NCBI GenBank assembly: GCA_028694425.1
Contig: JAQVKX010000001.1
Span: 841 to 64,840 of the forward strand
Length of the DNA: 64,000 bases
Direction of reading: 5' to 3'
Source of the DNA: Candidatus Gastranaerophilales bacterium
GTDB lineage: Bacteria > Cyanobacteriota > Vampirovibrionia > Gastranaerophilales > Gastranaerophilaceae
Position 1 is the first letter of the stretch, and each line of letters opens with the position of its first letter. Below the pieces are notes generated by a model. That model searched no databases and was not told the DNA's origin. It was given only the letters and a program-made list of their open reading frames with translations. Position numbers and translations under genes: made by a program. Of the stretch, positions 1 to 9,304 are shown one piece after another.

Positions 1-44
1 CTCATTGACAAACATAGTAAAATACTAAAAATCTTTTGATTCAT
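1..44 (-). CDS. first 14 codons of a signal-peptide-like protein running off the left edge (MNQKIFSILLCLSM...)
   Basis: ATG at 44..42 on the minus strand with GGAG 5 nt upstream; hydrophobic N-terminus; too short to classify. Confidence 0.3.
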   Translation of the reverse strand, partial: MNQKIFSILLCLSM

Positions 45-184
45 AACTTCTCCTTATTCTCATTACTATATAAGCGTACTCTTATCCTAAGATAATATTC
101 AATAGCTTATTACTATTAATTTACAATTTAGTTATTTTCTAATATATTAATAATATACAACATTATATTATAAAAAGGAGTAAA

Positions 185-1105
185 ATGTTATTAATTGGCG
201 AAAATATTCATGTTATTTCTAAAATTGTTCAACAGGCTTTAATTGACAGAGATGAAGCTTTTATTATTGATTTAATTAAAAAACAAGCTCATATGGATTA
301 TATTGACTTAAATGTGGGTCCTGCAAAGGGCAATCTGGAAGGAATTTTTCCTTGGCTTTGTAAATTGGTGGAAGCTAATACTGATTTAAAAATTTCTTTT
401 GATACAAGAAACCTTGATGAGATGAAACGTGGACTTGAAAGAACGAAAAATCCCAAAAAATGTTTAATAAACAGTACTTCTGCAGATGAAGACAGACTTG
501 ATAAATTAACCAATTTGACTGCAGAATTCGGCTCAAATCTGATTGCCTTAACCATGAACAAAGAAATAGGCATCCCAAAAACTGCTGATGAAAGACTTAA
601 TCTGGCTTTTGAAGTCTTTGAAAAATGCCGGGAAAAACGCATTGATAACCAAAGAATATTCTTTGACCCTTTGATTTTGCCGGTAAGTGTTGACCAGTCT
701 CAGGCAAAAGAGGCTTTAAACACAATTCAGATGATTAAACAGAGTTTTGACCCCGAAGTTATGACCATAATCGGACTTTCTAATATATCAAACGGATCAC
801 CCTTTGAACTTCGATCTTTAATTAACAAGGTTTTTGCCATTTTAGCTTTTGGTGCCGGGCTTGACAGTGCCATAATTGATTCTTTTGATACAGAATTAAT
901 TAATACGTTAAAAGTTCTTGAGAACCAATCACCTTCTGATAAAATTGATGAACTTTATATAAATTTAGCAGATATGATAAGCAATTTCTCAGATTTGGAA
1001 GATATAAGTTATGACAAAAATGATTTAAAACAAGTTGAAATAATTAAAACCGCAAGGATTTTACTCAATAAAGATATTTATTCGCATAGTTTTAGACAAA
1101 TTTGA
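185..1105 (+). CDS. pterin-binding domain protein (methyltetrahydrofolate methyltransferase / DHPS-like barrel)
   Basis: 306-aa ORF with AAGGAG RBS; LIGENIH, DLNVGP and GLSNISNG segments resemble MetH/AcsE-type pterin-binding domains (recognised by eye). Confidence 0.6.
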   Translation: MLLIGENIHVISKIVQQALIDRDEAFIIDLIKKQAHMDYIDLNVGPAKGNLEGIFPWLCKLVEANTDLKISFDTRNLDEMKRGLERTKNPKKCLINSTSADEDRLDKLTNLTAEFGSNLIALTMNKEIGIPKTADERLNLAFEVFEKCREKRIDNQRIFFDPLILPVSVDQSQAKEALNTIQMIKQSFDPEVMTIIGLSNISNGSPFELRSLINKVFAILAFGAGLDSAIIDSFDTELINTLKVLENQSPSDKIDELYINLADMISNFSDLEDISYDKNDLKQVEIIKTARILLNKDIYSHSFRQI

Positions 1106-1113
1106 ATAGAAAA

Positions 1114-1148
1114 GCGGCGGTCAAGTATTTACTTGACCGCCGTTTTTT
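1114..1148 (+). terminator. rho-independent terminator, probably bidirectional
   Basis: CGGCGGTCAAGT-ATTT-ACTTGACCGCCG 12-bp GC-rich stem followed by TTTTTT and preceded by AAAA; lies between convergent genes. Confidence 0.8.
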
Positions 1149-1159
1149 ATAAAGTTTAA

Positions 1160-1456
1160 TTAATTACCATAAACTCTTGTTGTTATGTGCGTATAGAAAA
1201 ACCAGCCTTTAATGTGTGTATCATGATGATTTACATGACTGATTTTACCGTTTCTCATAGCAGCTTCATAACTACAATCGCCAAGCTGAATAAATCCTAA
1301 ATAATTGTCGCAAGTAGCTTTTCCAACTCGACAAGGACTTACCGGTTGTTGAGACAATGTTGATGGTTCTACCGTATCATTATAAAGCCATCCTGCAGCC
1401 AATGCAGGTGAACTTAAAACAGACACGACAGCTAAACTTAATAATAACTTTTTCAT
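1160..1456 (-). CDS. small secreted protein, TRL-like
   Basis: 98 aa; signal peptide MKKLLLSLAVVSVLSSPALAAG; C-terminal pattern LGFIQLGDCSYEAAMRNGKISHV resembles TRL-family small secreted proteins. Confidence 0.45.
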   Translation of the reverse strand: MKKLLLSLAVVSVLSSPALAAGWLYNDTVEPSTLSQQPVSPCRVGKATCDNYLGFIQLGDCSYEAAMRNGKISHVNHHDTHIKGWFFYTHITTRVYGN

Positions 1457-1523
1457 ACAAGCTCCTTTCTTATTTCTTCATAGAGAATTTTATATTAAGT
1501 ATAATCGTTTGTCAATAAAACAT

Positions 1524-2150
1524 TTAAAAATAATTAAGAGCCTGAAAATCTTTTATTGCACTGTAAACACCTTCTATAAACATTTGCATTCCAATAACTG
1601 CGAGGATAAGTCCCATCATCTTTGTTATAACTTTTAAAATATTTGTTCCGACAATTTTTTTTATTTGCTTCCCGAAAATAAAGAAAAAATAAGTTATGAT
1701 GCACAACAATCCAAATGAGATTATTGTTATAAGACAATTATCAATACCGCCTGCAGAGAAATTCATTGCTGTTATAATAACACCTGGACCTGCCAATAAA
1801 GGAATCCCAAGCGGAGTAATGGCTACTGAACCTTCTTCTTTCATAGGATTTTCAACAATGGATTTGCCTCCCTGAAGCATTCCGTAACCGATAATCCCGA
1901 CAATAATACCTCCTGTCAGTCTTAATGCCGTAAAGGTTACACCGAAAAAAGTTAATAAAAAATGACCTACCAAGGCAAAAATAATTACTATCAACAATGC
2001 GGTCAAGGTTGACTGAAAAGCAATATTTTTAACGTCCTCTTCACTTTTTTGACCGGTTAAAGTTAAAAATATTGAAATAGAAGAAATAGGATTCATTATA
2101 GCTAAAAAACCCGTAAATACTATGCCTGCATAAAGTAATTTTTCAATCAT
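1524..2150 (-). CDS. MarC family (UPF0056) integral membrane protein
   Basis: multi-TM protein; MNPISSISIFLTLTG motif typical of MarC/NAAT family. Start moved to the internal ATG at 2150 (MIEKLLYAG...); the 2327 ORF start adds an implausible 59-aa extension. Confidence 0.8.
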   Translation of the reverse strand: MIEKLLYAGIVFTGFLAIMNPISSISIFLTLTGQKSEEDVKNIAFQSTLTALLIVIIFALVGHFLLTFFGVTFTALRLTGGIIVGIIGYGMLQGGKSIVENPMKEEGSVAITPLGIPLLAGPGVIITAMNFSAGGIDNCLITIISFGLLCIITYFFFIFGKQIKKIVGTNILKVITKMMGLILAVIGMQMFIEGVYSAIKDFQALNYF

Positions 2151-2461
2151 TTTTCTCAAAGTTTTAGTGTAATAAATAATATACTTTAATAAAAATGAGA
2201 AAATTAAATCCCCTATAGTATTAAGACCACTGCACAAGTATAGAAAATTTGTTTTGACTGTTTTCTCTGAAATCTTTGATTTCGTGAGAAATGTCCCTAC
2301 TCGGGTTCTTACTTGTGCAGTGGTCAACCTTACAAAAGTGAGAATGGCAAAATCGGCACGAGGAGTGCCGTTTAGTCATTCGACACTAGCCGTCATGAGA
2401 CTTTGCTCAAGGACATTTTTGTAAGAAAATGGACTTGTGCATTAGTCTCGTATTAGGAATA

Positions 2462-3631
2462 TTATTGTCTCATTAAAAAATCAGGTAGCTCATCCTTATA
2501 GAAATTATTTTTCTTTTTTAATATTTTTTTATTTTGTTTAATACTTTTGACGGGAATTTCCTTACAAGCATTATCTATTGAAACTTTTGACACAACTTCT
2601 CTTGAGCTTTTATCATAAAAAGTCAACCAAAATCGATTTTTTACATTATCTACACAAAACGGTATTTGTCCGCTAAAGTTATCCCCTTTTTTAAGTTCGT
2701 TAAACATATTTTCACCATCAAAAGTATCGGGATAATAAACCGTCCCCGCTTCGTTTACAAGGGCAATATCAAACAAAGAAAAGATTTTATCGGACATATT
2801 TAAAATTGACAAAGATAAAATAATTTTATCTACATCCCCAAACAAATCTTTTTTATAAATAACATCGTTAATTTTTACATTAAGTCCTTCTTTTTTTAAT
2901 TCATCTTGAGGGAATGCGTTTTTTTTATAAACCGGCAGTTTAGAAGAAGAATACACTCTTACTTGGATTTCATCGCCGGGCGAAATTAAAATGTCTTGAC
3001 CTTTGCGGTAAAGTGCTATTCCTAAACCTATTGTGCTACCTAGTGCGGCACCTCCTGCAATTACGGTTCCCTGAGAAGAAGCTGTTCCTGCTAATCCGCA
3101 AAAACTCAAAGCCAAAAGCCCTCCCGTTATACCTCCTGCCGTAGCATAAACAAGATTATCTGCGGTTAAACCGGAAGCTGCCACCAAAAGATGTAGCCTG
3201 GTGGACATTTTTCCTTTAATCGGAATTTCCTTCCCGTCGGGTGTTATTAAATAGTCAAAACTTAAATCTAATGAACCGTTTCTTCCAAGCCGTTTTGCTC
3301 CTGTTACTTTTTTGATGCAGCCATGGGCGACAGTTCCTTTTGGGATTATTATTCCGTCTTTGCCTTCTACATCATCCATTACTTGGGCAAAAAATTCATC
3401 ATTTTCTTTTGCCGAATTTGTATCAAGAACTCTTGATACTGTCATTTTTAATACATTATTATAGTTTAATTTATCGACAGAACCGGTAAATAATTCACTT
3501 TGTTCTTTTTTTATTTTATCCTGCTTTTCAATATGTCCTTGAAAAATATCGTCCGAAGCATAAGCTATATTAAAGAATCCGATAATATATACTAAAATAA
3601 TATTTGTGATTAAAACCCTTTTTTTATTCAT
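2462..3631 (-). CDS. secreted/membrane-anchored hypothetical protein with central glycine-zipper segment
   Basis: 389 aa; N-terminal signal/anchor (ILVYIIGFFNIAYASDD); G/A-rich hydrophobic block GGITGGLLALSFCGLAGTASSQGTVIAGGAALGSTIGLGIA; 4-nt overlap with the upstream sugar transferase. Confidence 0.5.
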   Translation of the reverse strand: MNKKRVLITNIILVYIIGFFNIAYASDDIFQGHIEKQDKIKKEQSELFTGSVDKLNYNNVLKMTVSRVLDTNSAKENDEFFAQVMDDVEGKDGIIIPKGTVAHGCIKKVTGAKRLGRNGSLDLSFDYLITPDGKEIPIKGKMSTRLHLLVAASGLTADNLVYATAGGITGGLLALSFCGLAGTASSQGTVIAGGAALGSTIGLGIALYRKGQDILISPGDEIQVRVYSSSKLPVYKKNAFPQDELKKEGLNVKINDVIYKKDLFGDVDKIILSLSILNMSDKIFSLFDIALVNEAGTVYYPDTFDGENMFNELKKGDNFSGQIPFCVDNVKNRFWLTFYDKSSREVVSKVSIDNACKEIPVKSIKQNKKILKKKNNFYKDELPDFLMRQ

Positions 3632-4335
3632 CCTGCACCTTTTGCAGAGATTACAACGAAGATGGTCTTAAAAATTATTTTTAAATCCAAAAGAATATTC
3701 CAAGTCCTTATATATTCATAATCAAGCTCGATTACTTTATCAAAATCTTTTATGTTTGCCCTTCCGCTGATTTGCCACAAACCTGTTAATCCCGGCGGTT
3801 TTAAAAATTTAACCATATGATGTTCTTCATATTTTAGCAACTCACGAGGCAGAGGCGGTCTCGGTCTGACTAAAGACATTTCCCCTTTTAAGATATTAAA
3901 TAATTGCGGTAATTCGTCAAGGCTGCATTTGCGTATTATTTTACCTATCTTTGTAATCCTGGGGTCTTTTTTTGATTTAAACATTACCGGATTTGTATGG
4001 TTTAAATCTTTTACTTTTTCAAATTGTTCTTCTGCATCTTCAACCATGCTTCGAAATTTATACATGTAAAAAATCTTTTCTCTAAAACCAACCCTTTCTT
4101 GCTTAAAAATAGCAGGACCTTTGGAGTCTAATTTTATAATGATAATTAATAATAAGAAAAGCGGACTGGACAAAATAATTGCGGTTAGACTTAATATGAT
4201 ATCCATAAATCTTTTAACTGCTTGTTGTACAGGCTTATGCTTGACCATAAATTTTAATTTACTGACAGGTAAATTAGTGCTATGTATTACGGTCAGATTA
4301 TTAATGCATTCTTTTTCTTGACAAACTATTCCCAA
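3628..4335 (-). CDS. undecaprenyl-phosphate sugar phosphotransferase (bacterial sugar transferase family, WbaP/EpsL-like)
   Basis: GPAIFKQERVG, YKFRSM, DELPQLFNILKGEMSLVRPRP and GLTGLWQISGR motifs; true start may be an internal Met (4248). Confidence 0.85.
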   Translation of the reverse strand: MGIVCQEKECINNLTVIHSTNLPVSKLKFMVKHKPVQQAVKRFMDIILSLTAIILSSPLFLLLIIIIKLDSKGPAIFKQERVGFREKIFYMYKFRSMVEDAEEQFEKVKDLNHTNPVMFKSKKDPRITKIGKIIRKCSLDELPQLFNILKGEMSLVRPRPPLPRELLKYEEHHMVKFLKPPGLTGLWQISGRANIKDFDKVIELDYEYIRTWNILLDLKIIFKTIFVVISAKGAG

Positions 4336-4405
4336 TTCCCTAAAACCTCTTCAGGACTTAACATTGATTCTTTATTATTGTAGAATAGAAAAAAATAAAA
4401 TGCAA

Positions 4406-4450
4406 TAAAAAAAGAGATAGTTTTACAAAATAAAACTATCTCTTTTTTTG
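4406..4450 (-). terminator. bidirectional rho-independent terminator downstream of rplT
   Basis: AGAGATAGTTTTA-CAAAA-TAAAACTATCTCT stem flanked by an A-run and a T-run. Confidence 0.65.
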
Positions 4451-4464
4451 TCTTAATTTTTTGT

Positions 4465-4815
4465 TTAGACAGCAGCTTTTGCTGTTTCAAGAATAACATT
4501 AAAAGCTTCTTTGTCATTTATTGCCAAATCAGCAAGCATTTTTCTGTTTACGATAATGTCAGCTTTTTTGCATGCATTAACAAATCTTGAATAACTCATG
4601 CCTTGAGCTCTGACAGCAGCATTAATTCTTACAATCCAAAGCCTTCTCATGTTCCTTTTCAGAACACGTCTGTCTCTGTATTGATATTTAAGTGCTTTCA
4701 TAACAGCACAATTAGCCACTTTAAATATTCTGCTTCTTGCACCTTTAAAACCTTTTGCAAGTTTTAATATTTTTTTATGTCTTTTGACATTTACGTTTCC
4801 GCGTTTAATTCTCAT
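4465..4815 (-). CDS. rplT: 50S ribosomal protein L20
   Basis: [28 protein letters not shown]... canonical L20 sequence. Confidence 0.97.
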   Translation of the reverse strand: MRIKRGNVNVKRHKKILKLAKGFKGARSRIFKVANCAVMKALKYQYRDRRVLKRNMRRLWIVRINAAVRAQGMSYSRFVNACKKADIIVNRKMLADLAINDKEAFNVILETAKAAV

Positions 4816-4826
4816 AGTTCACCTTC

Positions 4827-5036
4827 CTATCTGCTATACTTCTTGTACGGTAACTCTTTAGAAATCAAATCATAATGCGTATCCGAAATCTCTTGTTCGG
4901 CAAAGATTCTTCTTTTTCTGCTTGATGATTTGTTTGCAAGAAGGTGACCTATTCCTGCTTTACGTCTGATAATTTTGCCGCCGGCCGTAACTTTATAGCG
5001 TTTAGCCCCGGACTTGTGTGTTTTCATTTTTGGCAT
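4827..5036 (-). CDS. rpmI: 50S ribosomal protein L35
   Basis: MPKMKTHKSGAKRYKVTAGGKIIRRKAG... canonical L35; 11 nt upstream of rplT. Confidence 0.95.
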   Translation of the reverse strand: MPKMKTHKSGAKRYKVTAGGKIIRRKAGIGHLLANKSSSRKRRIFAEQEISDTHYDLISKELPYKKYSR

Positions 5037-5054
5037 TTTCTTCTCCTTTTTTTA

Positions 5055-5306
5055 AGGGAAAAGGTAAAAGGGAAAGTGGAAAAGCCAACTCTGTTTCCTG
5101 TTTCCTATTTCCTGTTTCCTTTTAAGTGTAAGTACAAAAAAGATTATGGCAGCCAATGCCATAAAACTTTCGGCTTGTTTAATAATAATAACAAATAAAA
5201 ACTTATATGCAAGTGTTTTTTAAAAGGAGAATGGGAAATGGGAAAAGAATAAATGGGAAATTTTCATCTGACGCTTCACACTTCACTTTTGTACTTCTTC
5301 ACATTT
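5055..5306. repeat. stuttered-word repeat (SWR) cluster
   Basis: AGGGAAAAGGTAAAAGGGAAAGTGGAAAAG, CTGTTTCCTGTTTCCTATTTCCTGTTTCC, GAATGGGAAATGGGAAAAG, CGCTTCACACTTCACTTTTG. Confidence 0.8.
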
Positions 5307-5353
5307 CTTATAAAAAATATTGCAAAATCAAAAAAAAACATCATAATGTTAAT

Positions 5354-6337
5354 ATGAATCAATTTAATTTAGGTGATTTTATTAATAAATTTATTAATTA
5401 CTCTGTTCCAGGGTCTAAGAGCGGTGTATCTTCTGCACCCAATTCAAATACAACATCCGGTACTCAATTTAAATTAACAAACGAGGCTCTGAACGAAACT
5501 TTAGTAAAGAAGACCGTTGAACAACAACAAACCGGTGTTATGACTACCTTTAGTCCATCTATGCTTGCAGAATTAAAAATGAATAACCTTGCAAGTCTTG
5601 AAAGAAGCCTATACATTAAAGACTTAATGAAATTACCGAAAGAGATGGAAGAAGTCCTTGTCCTACTTCAAAATAAAGCTGTTTTAACAGAAGAAACAGC
5701 CGTCCTTTTAAGTAAGAGTATTAATTTATCTGTTTTAGCCGAATTAATCCAAAAAAGCGGTAAAGAAGCAATGAACAAACTTGTTTTGGTTATGGCAAAT
5801 GCTTCTAAACAAGGTTTAACAGATGTTTCACAGATAAAAGATGCTATTAAATTTATAAATGCAAGCGTTTCTGTTGCTTCAAAAGATAATCCAAACCAAA
5901 TTCTAAAAAGTTTTATGCTTCTTTATCTGCCTTGGCTCCCGCTACAAGAAGGCGTCGACTTTGAACTGGAGATAGAAAGTTCCCAAGGCGGCGAAGACGA
6001 TAGCGAAATTTCAATTACAATACTTATTTCCACCAGAAATTACGGCAACGTAAGGGTCACGTTAATTCTTCTTAAAGGCAATTCTATGGATATTGTAATA
6101 AATTGCTGTGAAGAATTTCCTAAAGATGAACTGCTAAAAAGAGTTAAAGCTGAAGGTAAAACGCACTCTATACAGTCAAATGTATTTTTTGAGCAAAACA
6201 TGATTAAAAATAATGACAATAAATCCTGCCAAGCTAAAATAAACATGTCCAACCTGATGGAAGTTAATCCGTTTTTGCTTTTAATGGCAAATGCCATTAT
6301 CAGATATACGATTGAGTTAGATAACTCGGCAGAATAA
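5354..6337 (+). CDS. hypothetical protein
   Basis: long open frame in AT-rich DNA; start moved to the ATG at 5354 (MNQFNLGDF...) because the 5207 ORF start lies inside repeat words. Confidence 0.5.
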   Translation: MNQFNLGDFINKFINYSVPGSKSGVSSAPNSNTTSGTQFKLTNEALNETLVKKTVEQQQTGVMTTFSPSMLAELKMNNLASLERSLYIKDLMKLPKEMEEVLVLLQNKAVLTEETAVLLSKSINLSVLAELIQKSGKEAMNKLVLVMANASKQGLTDVSQIKDAIKFINASVSVASKDNPNQILKSFMLLYLPWLPLQEGVDFELEIESSQGGEDDSEISITILISTRNYGNVRVTLILLKGNSMDIVINCCEEFPKDELLKRVKAEGKTHSIQSNVFFEQNMIKNNDNKSCQAKINMSNLMEVNPFLLLMANAIIRYTIELDNSAE

Positions 6338-6339
6338 GT

Positions 6340-6600
6340 AAGGCAAAAAGCAAAAAGTGAAGCGTGAAGCGTGAAGGGAAAAAGGGAATAGGGAACAGAA
6401 AAGAAGACAAGATGCGTAGATGCGTAGAGGCGTAGCCGAGTGACGAAGCAATCCAAGGAGCTAAAAGCAAAAAGTAAAATGTGAAATGTGAAAAGAAGTT
6501 GAACAGTCGAATAGTTGAAAAGTTTAATTAAGTGAGGCGTGAGGCGTGAAGCGAAAAGCTTGCCTTCCTGCCCTCTTGCCCTCTTGCCTTCTTTTCACAT
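6340..6600. repeat. SWR cluster (large; contains core GAAGACAAGATGCGTAGATGCGTAGAGGCGTAG at 6403-6435)
   Basis: AAAAGC, GTGAAGC, GGGAAnA, GCGTAG, GTGAAAT, GTTGAAnAG, GTGAGGC and CTTGCC(C/T)TC words, each iterated 2-4 times. Confidence 0.9.
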
Positions 6601-6601
6601 T

Positions 6602-7288
6602 TTATCCCTTTTTCCATTTTTTATATAAGTCTTTTCTGCGAAGTTTAGTTCTTTCCAAGCTTTGTTCATGGCGATGTTTAGCAATTTGGGCATGATTTCC
6701 GTTTAACAAAACCTCAGGAACTTCAAACCCCCTAAAATTCCTCGGCTTTGTATACTGCGGATATTCTAAAAGTCCGTTAGAGAAACTGTCTTCATTGGCA
6801 GATTCTATTTTACCTAAAGTTCCTTCAATTTTTCGGCTTACGCTGTCAATTATACAAAGTGCAGGCAACTCCCCACCCGTCATTACAAAATCTCCGATAG
6901 AAACCTCTTTGGGCTTAATAATATCTCTTATTCTCGCGTCATGTCCTTCGTAATGTCCGCAAATCATTATTATTTGGTTATATTTTGCAAATTCATTACA
7001 CATTTTATCGTTAAAAACTTCACCTTGCGGAGTTAACATTACTGTAAGGGAATTTTCAAGTTGTTCCACACTTTCGTATGCATCAACATAAGGCTGTGCC
7101 ATTAAAACCATACCGGCACCACCACCATAGGACGTATCATCAACTTTTTTATGCTTATCAAGGCTAAAATTCCTTGGGTTTATAGTGTTAACTTCAATGA
7201 CGTTGTTTTCAACCGCACGTTTTAAAATACTGCAACCACAGCAACTGTCAATCATTTCCGGAAATAGTGTTAAAACATCAAATTGCAT
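6602..7288 (-). CDS. trmD: tRNA (guanine37-N1)-methyltransferase
   Basis: MQFDVLTLFPEM, GGGAGMV, ICGHYEG.D.R and GDFVMTGGELPA motifs. Confidence 0.95.
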   Translation of the reverse strand: MQFDVLTLFPEMIDSCCGCSILKRAVENNVIEVNTINPRNFSLDKHKKVDDTSYGGGAGMVLMAQPYVDAYESVEQLENSLTVMLTPQGEVFNDKMCNEFAKYNQIIMICGHYEGHDARIRDIIKPKEVSIGDFVMTGGELPALCIIDSVSRKIEGTLGKIESANEDSFSNGLLEYPQYTKPRNFRGFEVPEVLLNGNHAQIAKHRHEQSLERTKLRRKDLYKKWKKG

Positions 7289-7304
7289 TTAATCCATTTA
7301 CCCC

Positions 7305-7814
7305 TCATTCAATTAAACCCTTAATATTATTTACCGTAATTTGCTTGTTTTTTATATCAACTTTAGGCACAAGTTCTTTAACAAAAGGAACGAGCGATAT
7401 TTTTTTTGTTTTGCTCCTGACTGAAATTAAGTCATTAACACCGTTGTTGGAAACTCCGATGACAATTCCAATGCTGTTACCTTCTAAATCAACAACTTCA
7501 AGTCCGGTTAATTCATCAATCAGAAATTCATCTTCGCCTAAACTCTCACGAATAACCGTTTCTTCAACAAAAATTAAACACCCTTTGTAAGGCATTAAAT
7601 CATTGATTGAGTTAATTCCCTTAAACTTAATTAATGCAAAAGTCTTGTTAAACCTAACACCCGTTATCTCAAAACGGATATAATCCGAATTATGCTTAAT
7701 ATACACTGATTTAAGTGTTTTTAAGAAATCCTGCCAGTTTTTTGAAAACCCGACTTTTGCTTCACCTTGAATTCCGTGAAAATTCAGAATTTTACCGACG
7801 GAAATATATTCCAT
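7305..7814 (-). CDS. rimM: 16S rRNA processing protein RimM
   Basis: VGKILNFHGIQGEAKV N-terminus plus PRC-barrel-like C-terminus; directly upstream of trmD. Confidence 0.9.
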   Translation of the reverse strand: MEYISVGKILNFHGIQGEAKVGFSKNWQDFLKTLKSVYIKHNSDYIRFEITGVRFNKTFALIKFKGINSINDLMPYKGCLIFVEETVIRESLGEDEFLIDELTGLEVVDLEGNSIGIVIGVSNNGVNDLISVRSKTKKISLVPFVKELVPKVDIKNKQITVNNIKGLIE

Positions 7815-7817
7815 AAA

Positions 7818-9107
7818 TTACTCTTCAGTTTCTTTAGCAGTTTTTTTACTTTTTGCTTTTGGCTTTTCGCTTTTTGCTTCTTTAGTTTCTTTTTCTTCTT
7901 TGGTTTTTTTAGCTTTTTTAGGTTCAGCTTCTTTAGCGTCTTTTTGCTTTTTGAATTCTTCAGGGGCATCTGCTCTTTCCTGATTCCATCTTTCAAGACC
8001 TAATTTGCCCCTTATAAGCCCGATACCTACGTGGACTCTCCATTCATCTATTTTTAATTGAGCCGCAATAATTTTGTGGCAACCTATCGGAGGTAAAGGA
8101 AGCAACGGTTCGTATAAATTTTGTATTGCAAACATCTGATCCGGTGAAATAGCCAATTTTCTTTTAGGGAAAGGTAATTTGGGAAGCAGCATTTTTTGTC
8201 TGATTAAGTTGATACCAAAGAAAACTTTTCTTGGCTCTAATCCGATTTTTGTGCCGATTACTTCATGTGCATCAGGATTTGGCAATGGTAACATTGTTTT
8301 GTATATTAATTCAATTTGTTCCAATTGCTCTTTACTTACTAAAAGCGGCTTATTAATACGGTTTCCTTGCGGTCTTCCGCCGCCTCTGTTAAAGCCGCCG
8401 CTTGAAGGTCTGTTATATCCGCCTTGCGGTCTGTTATAGCCACCCTGTTGCGGTCTATTGTAGCCTCCTTGTTGCGAACGCTGATATCCGCTCCTGTCTT
8501 GGTTGTAACCACCGCCTTGCGGTCTGCTGTAACCGCCCTGTTGCGGACGCTGATACCCGCCTTGTTGCGGTCTGTTATATCCACCCTGTTGCGGACGTTG
8601 ATATCCGCTCCTGTCTTGGTTGTAACCACTGCCTTGCGGTCTATTGTATCCGCCTTGTTGCGGACGTTGATAACCACCTCTATCTTGGTTGTAACCGCCC
8701 TGTTGCGGTCTGTTGTATCCGCCTTGTTGCGGACGTTGATATCCGCCCCTGTCTTGGTTGTAACCGCCCTGTTGGGGTCTGTTATATCCGCCTTGTTGCG
8801 GACGTTGATATCCGCCCCTATCTTGGTTATAAGGTCTTTGCTGAGGAGCTTCGGCAGAATAACTATTATAGAATTGCTGTTGCGAAGGTTGTTGCCCGGA
8901 TCCTTCGTTTTGTTCTTTTTGTTGACCGCCACCCGAATGATTTTCTTGTTGAAATTCTTGATTAGAATCTTCAGCTTCTCTTTCTAAATCTAAATCAGCC
9001 GATAATGCCATTTTTTTATCAGGATAAAGACAATTAGGACAAATAACTCTTTTGGGGTTTTTGGTTTCAAACTCTGAACCACACTTTGTGCACTTGTTTA
9101 CATACAT
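7818..9107 (-). CDS. zinc-ribbon protein with Q/G/Y/N/R-rich tandem repeats, duplicated C-terminal module and K/E-rich tail
   Basis: CTKCG...CPNC zinc ribbon; about 158 aa of GGY(N/Q)RPQQ repeats; two ~55-aa related modules (LPLPNPDAHEVIGTKIGL... / LPLPPIGCHKIIAAQLKI...); stop codon 3 nt from the rimM start. Confidence 0.7.
   Translation of the reverse strand: MYVNKCTKCGSEFETKNPKRVICPNCLYPDKKMALSADLDLEREAEDSNQEFQQENHSGGGQQKEQNEGSGQQPSQQQFYNSYSAEAPQQRPYNQDRGGYQRPQQGGYNRPQQGGYNQDRGGYQRPQQGGYNRPQQGGYNQDRGGYQRPQQGGYNRPQGSGYNQDRSGYQRPQQGGYNRPQQGGYQRPQQGGYSRPQGGGYNQDRSGYQRSQQGGYNRPQQGGYNRPQGGYNRPSSGGFNRGGGRPQGNRINKPLLVSKEQLEQIELIYKTMLPLPNPDAHEVIGTKIGLEPRKVFFGINLIRQKMLLPKLPFPKRKLAISPDQMFAIQNLYEPLLPLPPIGCHKIIAAQLKIDEWRVHVGIGLIRGKLGLERWNQERADAPEEFKKQKDAKEAEPKKAKKTKEEKETKEAKSEKPKAKSKKTAKETEE
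8364..8837 (-). repeat. in-frame coding tandem repeat, about 66-nt (22-aa) period
   Basis: about five copies of YNQDRGGYQRPQQGGYNRPQQGG; the DNA shows the same periodicity (CCGCCTTGTTGCGGACGTTGATATCCGC...). Confidence 0.9.
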
Positions 9108-9234
9108 AATGAAAGCCTCTTAATTAATAAAACGATTAATCGAAAAACTCCTCGTTCAACTAAAACTAAAATTATATTTCTAAATATTTTTAAATTTATA
9201 TTTCTTCCTTTTAATTTCTTCTTTTGAATATATA

Positions 9235-9263
9235 ATATACTTAAAAATAAATCTTGGCAAGTC
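9235..9263 (-). promoter_or_regulatory. candidate sigma-70 promoter for the zinc-ribbon/rimM/trmD operon
   Basis: minus strand TTGCCA-17 nt-TATTAT. Confidence 0.35.
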
Positions 9264-9304
9264 TTTTTTTAAAAAAAGTCAAAAAAATCATACCACAGTA
9301 CCAG

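Noticed and set aside
2151-2327. Long N-terminal extension of the MarC ORF, and similarly of the 5207, 11588-12040, 24584 and 34717 ORFs
   Set aside because: Internal ATGs with better context coincide with the start of the conserved domain. The upstream parts overlap neighbouring genes or repeats.
6340-6600. Possible CRISPR array suggested by many short direct repeats
   Set aside because: The repeat units are only 6-8 nt, are contiguous or degenerate, and have no 25-40 nt unique spacers. The same words occur in both orientations and in dozens of spacers, and no cas genes are in the window.
8339-8987. Three 187-197 aa ORFs (two on the plus strand, one on the minus strand) overlapping the zinc-ribbon repeat gene
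   Set aside because: They are artefacts of the stop-poor 66-nt tandem repeat. They have no start context, and their repetitive products mirror the real frame. The frame containing the zinc ribbon and C-terminal modules is the coherent one.
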